The notes under the pieces are model-generated. The model ran no database searches. It was not told the origin of the DNA and saw only the letters and a list, made by a program, of their open reading frames with translations. A stretch of DNA of 64,000 bases from positions 64,001 to 128,000 of IMG/VR virus record IMGVR_UViG_3300032294_002877; one strand, 5' to 3'. Numbering within the stretch: position 1 is the first letter of the stretch; every line of letters begins with the position of its first letter. Shown piece by piece: positions 59,115 through 64,000 of the stretch. Both the position numbers and the translations under genes were made by a program. Origin of the DNA: a virus.

Positions 59115-59897
59115 ATGCTAATTTTAGGAATATCAGGAAAGAAACAATCCGGTAAAACAACATCCGGTAACTTTATTTTATCTGTGTTTATGACTAATTT
59201 AAATATTAGCAAAAAAATACATATAGACAATGATGGACAAATAGTTATCTCCGATCTTTTCGGAAATGAACAGTATGCTGGGGTATTCGATCTTGCTAAG
59301 AATATCAACAGTACAGACTATCTTATACAAAAAGCAATAGATACACTAAATCCACATGTTAAACTATATAGCTTTGCAGATCCGCTCAAACAAAACATAT
59401 GTATGGATATGCTAGGATTATCATATAATCAATGTTATGGTACTGATGAAGATAAAAACACATTAACATCAATACGGTGGGAAAACATACCAGGATATAA
59501 TACATCTTCTAAATACGGATCGCATGATCCTAGCGGATTCATGACCGCGAGACAAGTAATGGAAATCGTTGGTACTAATATTTTCAGATCAATGAAAAAA
59601 GACGTATGGGTCAACGCAACACTAAATAAAATTGCCAAGGAAAAACCTAAACTAGCGATTATTACAGATTGTAGATTTCCTGACGAAATCACAGCTATAA
59701 AAAATCAAAACGGAAAAACAATAAGACTAACAAGATCAAAGTTTATTTCTGATCACGAAAGCGAATTAGTGCTAGATAAAGATAGATACGATTGGTCTAA
59801 TTTTGATTTTATTGTCGAAAACAGCGAAACAAGTATATATGATCAATGTATCGAGTTACAAAACATTTTAACACAATTATCTAAAGCGACATCATGA
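59115..59897 (+). CDS. deoxynucleoside monophosphate kinase
   Basis: GISGKKQSGKT, SFADPLK, AR..M...GT, ITDCRFPDE, H.SE. Confidence 0.85.
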   Translation: MLILGISGKKQSGKTTSGNFILSVFMTNLNISKKIHIDNDGQIVISDLFGNEQYAGVFDLAKNINSTDYLIQKAIDTLNPHVKLYSFADPLKQNICMDMLGLSYNQCYGTDEDKNTLTSIRWENIPGYNTSSKYGSHDPSGFMTARQVMEIVGTNIFRSMKKDVWVNATLNKIAKEKPKLAIITDCRFPDEITAIKNQNGKTIRLTRSKFISDHESELVLDKDRYDWSNFDFIVENSETSIYDQCIELQNILTQLSKATS

Positions 59898-60937
59898 TAG
59901 TAACATATTTTCGTAGTTCTTCGTATAATACCCATTCTATGTGTGAGCAGCAGTACTTTGCTGAATACGTCTTGGGGTGGCGAGGTCTTTCCGGACAAAA
60001 GGCCGATAAAGGCACTATTGTGCATAAAGTTTTAGAGATTTTAGCCGTGATAAAAAAGGCTCTTCAAGATAAAATTACTAATGTAGAAGATGATATTATT
60101 GGTAAAATAGACTGTAATAAATATGATTTAGATAATATTATTAAGTCTGTATATAAGTATTATTCAGAAGCGAACGCTCATCATAAGTGGTCTCAGAAAG
60201 ACTACAAAGATTGCCATGCATGGGTCTATAAGGCTATAGAATTTAATAATGGGATGTTTGATCCAAGGAATCGGAACATATTGTGCCCAGAGCAACATTT
60301 TGATATAGAGATCAAAAAACCCTGGTCTGCGTATTCTTACGACACAGATGAGGGGAAATTAGAAGGATATTTAGCCATTAAGGGCACAATAGATTTAATC
60401 ACACTATTAGATTCAAATACCATAGAAATTATTGACTGGAAAACCGGTAGAAGACTGGATTGGGCAACCGGTCAAGAAAAAACACAAGAGAAACTGGAAA
60501 ATGACCCTCAACTAAGAATATATCACTATGCTATCAGTCATCTTTATCCCGAAATAGACCATATCATATTTTCTATCTATTTTATTAATGATGGTGGTCC
60601 GTTCTCTATTTGTTTTGATAAATCTGATTTGCAAAAAACAGAAGATATGCTACGCAGAAAATTTGAGATTGTCAAAAACACTAAGCGTCCCAAACTTAAT
60701 AAAAGTTGGATGTGCAATAAATTATGTCATTTTGGTAAAACAACATTTGAAAACACTGCGATTCAGCCACAAATAGAATATAGAGATAATCAAATTTGTA
60801 AGACCGGATCTGTAATGACTAAATGCGAACAAATAAAACACGATATGGACTTGCACGGCATGGATGCTGTGGTAAACTTATACAAAAATCCTGGTCACTC
60901 GTTTGGTAAATACAAAGCACCCGGAAGCACAGAATGA
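59894..60937 (+). CDS. Cas4/RecB-like PD-(D/E)XK exonuclease
   Basis: SS......C, KGT..H, GTIDL, IIDWKTG, PQL..Y, C-terminal Cys cluster (C...C...C). Confidence 0.85.
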   Translation: MIVTYFRSSSYNTHSMCEQQYFAEYVLGWRGLSGQKADKGTIVHKVLEILAVIKKALQDKITNVEDDIIGKIDCNKYDLDNIIKSVYKYYSEANAHHKWSQKDYKDCHAWVYKAIEFNNGMFDPRNRNILCPEQHFDIEIKKPWSAYSYDTDEGKLEGYLAIKGTIDLITLLDSNTIEIIDWKTGRRLDWATGQEKTQEKLENDPQLRIYHYAISHLYPEIDHIIFSIYFINDGGPFSICFDKSDLQKTEDMLRRKFEIVKNTKRPKLNKSWMCNKLCHFGKTTFENTAIQPQIEYRDNQICKTGSVMTKCEQIKHDMDLHGMDAVVNLYKNPGHSFGKYKAPGSTE

Positions 60938-60964
60938 CCCCCTATTTAAAGGAGACAGACTGAG

Positions 60965-61009
60965 ATGGACGTGAATAAAAGGTATGTGCCTTTACACGTC
61001 CATTCCTAG
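60965..61009 (+). CDS. dnaE: dnaE N-terminal segment MDVNKRYVPLHVHS*, ending in TAG
   Basis: GGAGA RBS 9 nt upstream of ATG 60965; encodes the first half of the PHP motif (LHVHS). Continues as HYSLLDG only after skipping 11 nt. Confidence 0.85.
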   Translation: MDVNKRYVPLHVHS

Positions 61010-61017
61010 GTGAATCT

Positions 61018-62859
61018 CATTATTCACTTTTGGATGGACTTTCAAAACCCTCGCAGATAGCAGAAAGATGCGTCAATATTGGCGTAAACTCCTGCGCACT
61101 TACTGATCATGGAACCATATCGGGATGTGTTCAATTCTATCAAGAATTAAAAGCTAAAAAGATTAAGCCTATTCTTGGTTGTGAGCTATATTTATGTCAT
61201 CAAAATGCCACAATAAAGACTAAGGACAATTCATCCCTAAGTCATTTCATAGTTTTGGCTAAAAATTTTGCCGGTTGGAAAACACTGATCAAGATAGTAT
61301 CTGAAGCCAATAAACCAAATAAATTTTATCATAAGCCAAGATTAAGTATGGCTGAGTTAGCAGAATATTTAGACGGTAATATTATTGGGTTCTGTGGACA
61401 TCTAGGATCATATTTGTCCAATATAATAGAAAATAAAGACGGGTCTGAATCAAAGAAGTTGGGTATAGATTTTATCTCACAGATGAATGATATTTTTGGT
61501 AAAGGCAATTTCTTTTTAGAGTCTCAGCTAATGGACCAACAGCACAATCCTGCTCAAGTACAACTAACAGAATACATAAGAAACTTAGGTAGTGCGACAA
61601 ATACAAAAGTAATATGCACTCCCGATGCTCATTATTGTGAGAAAAGCGATGCTGTTGATCAGCGCATACTCCTATGCAACAATCTAAAGACTACTCTTGT
61701 TAATATAAATAAGAGATTATTAGATAATGAAGATGTTCCGATGTCGTGTTTTTTCAGATCGGACAACTATCATATTTTATCGCCAGAAGAGATGATAGAT
61801 ATTCATACAGAGGAAGAAATAGATAATACAAATTATCTTAACTCATTATGCGAAGAATACTCCATTCTTAGCAAACCATTACTTCCTCCCTTCTCTTGCC
61901 CAGACGGATACGATCCAGATGAGTATCTTAGGGAACTGTGTCGCAAAGGCTGGAGAGAAAAAATATCTAGTGTTATTGCTGAAAATGAGCAACAAGAATA
62001 TCTTGATAGAATCAAATACGAACTAGAAATTTTACAGGGTGCCGGGCTTAGTAGTTATTTTTTGATTGTTCAGGATATAGTCGAGTATGTTCGTCAACAA
62101 AATTGGCTTCCGGGTGTCGGTAGAGGTAGTGCTGCCGGATGTCTGGTGTCATATTTAATCGGAATTACTAATATTGATCCAATCAAGTATAACCTTCTAT
62201 TTGAAAGATTCTATAATGTTGGAAGAAATTCAGCTGATAGAATCTCAATGCCAGATATCGATGTTGACGTTCCGATCAACAAACGAGAGCTGATCATAGA
62301 ATACATAAAAAATAAATATGGTCAAGAAAAAGTATCTCAGATGATAACATATAATACTATGAAGGGTCGCGGTGCTCTAAAAGAAGTTCTACGAGTATAT
62401 GATAATATAACTTTTGAAGAGATGAATAAAATAACCAAAAATATACCTGATGAGGCTAAAATAGCGGACGAATTACAAGAGATGAAAGAAGATACTGGCG
62501 AATCCTCGATCATACGCTGGGCATTAGAAAATAATGTTGACAAACTCAAAGAGTGGTGCTATATTAATACTGATGGCACCCTGGCTGGGCCGTTGTCAAA
62601 AAGGTTTGAGCAGGCTATTCGTTTAGAGGGAACTAAATCTAATCAATCCAAACATGCGGCTGGAGTTGTGATATCTAGTCAAGAATTATCGAGTGTTTGT
62701 CCGATGGTTTATGATAGCAAAAATGATCAAGCAATAGCTGGTATGGAGATGCAAGATTTAGAAGCGATTGGTGTAATCAAGTTCGATATTTTAGGTATCG
62801 CTTTATTAGACAAAATGATGAACATATCAGACGTACTAAAAAATGGAGACTCTTTATGA
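61018..62859 (+). CDS. dnaE: DNA polymerase III alpha, N-terminal gene (PHP + palm)
   Basis: HYSLLDG, ALTDHG, KPILGCE, DAHY, YFLIV, GRGSAAGCLVSYL.GIT.IDP, MPDIDVD, HAAGVVI, KFDILG. Confidence 0.93.
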   Translation, partial: HYSLLDGLSKPSQIAERCVNIGVNSCALTDHGTISGCVQFYQELKAKKIKPILGCELYLCHQNATIKTKDNSSLSHFIVLAKNFAGWKTLIKIVSEANKPNKFYHKPRLSMAELAEYLDGNIIGFCGHLGSYLSNIIENKDGSESKKLGIDFISQMNDIFGKGNFFLESQLMDQQHNPAQVQLTEYIRNLGSATNTKVICTPDAHYCEKSDAVDQRILLCNNLKTTLVNINKRLLDNEDVPMSCFFRSDNYHILSPEEMIDIHTEEEIDNTNYLNSLCEEYSILSKPLLPPFSCPDGYDPDEYLRELCRKGWREKISSVIAENEQQEYLDRIKYELEILQGAGLSSYFLIVQDIVEYVRQQNWLPGVGRGSAAGCLVSYLIGITNIDPIKYNLLFERFYNVGRNSADRISMPDIDVDVPINKRELIIEYIKNKYGQEKVSQMITYNTMKGRGALKEVLRVYDNITFEEMNKITKNIPDEAKIADELQEMKEDTGESSIIRWALENNVDKLKEWCYINTDGTLAGPLSKRFEQAIRLEGTKSNQSKHAAGVVISSQELSSVCPMVYDSKNDQAIAGMEMQDLEAIGVIKFDILGIALLDKMMNISDVLKNGDSL

Positions 62860-63035
62860 TTAAAACATTTGCAGAATTACCGGTTGGTGCTAGATTTTCG
62901 GTAGATAATATTGAATATATAAAAACAGAAACAATCAGAGTTAGCTGCTGTCAAAGCATAAATGCTGAACAAGTAGCCAATGCGTCAGTTAAGAACTTTT
63001 TTGCAGACGATAAAGCGGTAAATATTAATGCCTAA
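62856..63035 (+). CDS. small hypothetical protein (59 aa, not in the ORF track)
   Basis: MIKTFAELPVGARFSV...VSCC..INA; overlaps both neighbours. Confidence 0.6.
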   Translation: MIKTFAELPVGARFSVDNIEYIKTETIRVSCCQSINAEQVANASVKNFFADDKAVNINA

Positions 63036-63723
63036 TTTCCAAAAAATTTGTGTCTTTGATCTGGAAACGGACGGATCGAATCCAGACAAGTGTAGTCCTG
63101 TACAAATAGCGGCTGTGATGGTTGATCCATTGTCTTTGGATATTGTTCCAAATTCAGAATTCAATATTAATCTCAAACCAGAAGCTATTGAGGACAATCC
63201 TGAATATGCATATGCAGATAGCGATGTGTTAGACTTTCATGCTAAAGTTAGGGGATCTTCTAAGCAGGAGATTTTGAACGAATGGAAAGGATATCAGAAA
63301 CAGGATCTAGGATGGAAATTATTTGTTTCGTATCTAGAGATGTATCATATCAGATCCGATAAAAAATCTTGTTTTACGGCTCCTATTGCTGGTGGATTTA
63401 ATATAAATAGGTTTGATCTAAGAATTATAGATAGGCTTAGCGTGAAATATAATAATCTAAATAAAGAAGGTAGAAGCTCCTTATTCTATCCTAGAGATGT
63501 TATAGATGTAATGAATATGTTATTTTATTGGTTTGAAGGCAATAATGAGCTCAAGAACTACACACTAGATAATCTTAGAGATTACTTAGGATTAAGCAAA
63601 GAAGGGGCTCATGACGCATTGAAGGACGTCAAAGATACGGCCCAGATACTTGTAAGGTTTCTAAAGTTACACAGAAATTTATCCAAGAAAGTAAAATTTA
63701 AGGGATCGTTTGTTAATGTCTGA
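63028..63723 (+). CDS. DEDDh 3'-5' exonuclease (DnaQ/epsilon-like)
   Basis: VFDLETDG, FN..RFD, AHDALKD. Confidence 0.88.
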   Translation: MPNFQKICVFDLETDGSNPDKCSPVQIAAVMVDPLSLDIVPNSEFNINLKPEAIEDNPEYAYADSDVLDFHAKVRGSSKQEILNEWKGYQKQDLGWKLFVSYLEMYHIRSDKKSCFTAPIAGGFNINRFDLRIIDRLSVKYNNLNKEGRSSLFYPRDVIDVMNMLFYWFEGNNELKNYTLDNLRDYLGLSKEGAHDALKDVKDTAQILVRFLKLHRNLSKKVKFKGSFVNV

Positions 63724-64000
63724 ATACTTTGTTTTTGACTGCGGATGCAAATTCCGTGTTTTGGATAACAGCGGAGAATTTCCTCTGATAGATTTTTCTC
63801 CAAAATTAGAGAATATTAATTTATCATGTTCTAGAACCTGGGATCTGATTAGTTCTGGAAATACTAAGGGTTGTTTTCAGTTAGAGTCTAGATTAGGACA
63901 AATGATGGCTAAAAAATTAAAGCCAGAGAATATAGAACAACTCTCGGCCTTAATTGCTGTGCTCAGACCAGGAACATTGGAGGCCATACGAGACGGTAAA
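63716..64000 (+). CDS. dnaE: DNA polymerase III alpha, second gene (fingers region), 3'-truncated by the window edge
   Basis: Not in the ORF track. Manual translation from ATG 63716: MSEYFVFDCGCKF...WDLISSGNTKGCFQLES.LG...KKLKPENIEQLSALIAVLRPG. Confidence 0.88.
   Translation, partial: MSEYFVFDCGCKFRVLDNSGEFPLIDFSPKLENINLSCSRTWDLISSGNTKGCFQLESRLGQMMAKKLKPENIEQLSALIAVLRPGTLEAIRDGK

Noticed and set aside
59894-60937. Cas4-like gene as part of a CRISPR-Cas system
   Set aside because: No repeat-spacer array or other cas genes were seen; the gene sits in the replication module
61007-61009. TAG read-through or alternative genetic code (TAG=Gln) as the explanation for the dnaE stop
   Set aside because: Reading through TAG stays in the wrong frame (VNLIIHFWMDFQNPRR then TAG again). 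Long genes have no internal TAG and several end in TAG.
60995-61020. Simple -1 frameshift into the dnaE frame
   Set aside because: The frame is reachable but would insert about four extra residues (FLGE-like) inside the HxHSxYS motif, and there is no X XXY YYZ slippery site. The 11-nt hop restores the motif exactly. Not fully excluded.
62800-63760. Split intein joining the dnaE halves (cyanobacterial type)
   Set aside because: No intein block A at the end of the first gene and no HN-C/S block at the start of the second
237-63803. Many short opposite-strand or nested ORFs in the track (e.g. 3760-3996, 14455-14889, 25538-25855, 29324-29716, 58253-58600)
   Set aside because: They are shadows of longer, motif-bearing genes, with no RBS and no recognisable motifs

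Overview
AT-rich, densely packed 64 kb segment that most plausibly comes from a large (jumbo-type) tailed bacteriophage. It is inferred to be viral from the combination of phage-style replication, recombination and nucleotide genes (split DnaE, DnaB, DnaG, RecA, RuvB, Cas4-like nuclease, RNR, dUTPase, dNMP kinase, PhoH, its own sigma factor) with no ribosomal or housekeeping operons. No capsid or terminase gene lies in the window. Layout: AEP-primase/RuvB/actin/protease block (1-7.1 kb), glycosylation island 1 (7.2-22.6 kb, two divergent arms), nucleotide and host-takeover genes (22.6-31.2 kb), a membrane/secreted-protease block (31.3-36.9 kb), glycosylation island 2 (36.9-47.3 kb) and the replication module (47.3-64 kb). 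Standout observations: (1) the dnaE 5' end is interrupted by an 11-nt gap, TCC-TAG-GTGAA-TCT, with matched Ser take-off and landing codons and flanking hairpins, a candidate programmed ribosomal bypass; (2) dnaE is also split into two genes without an intein, with a DEDDh exonuclease between them; (3) a volactin-like actin ATPase; (4) a Zn-ribbon/RuvA-domain-III fusion upstream of ruvB; (5) apparently catalytically dead bacterioferritin and DeoC homologues. Family assignments come from motif recognition by eye, not database searches.
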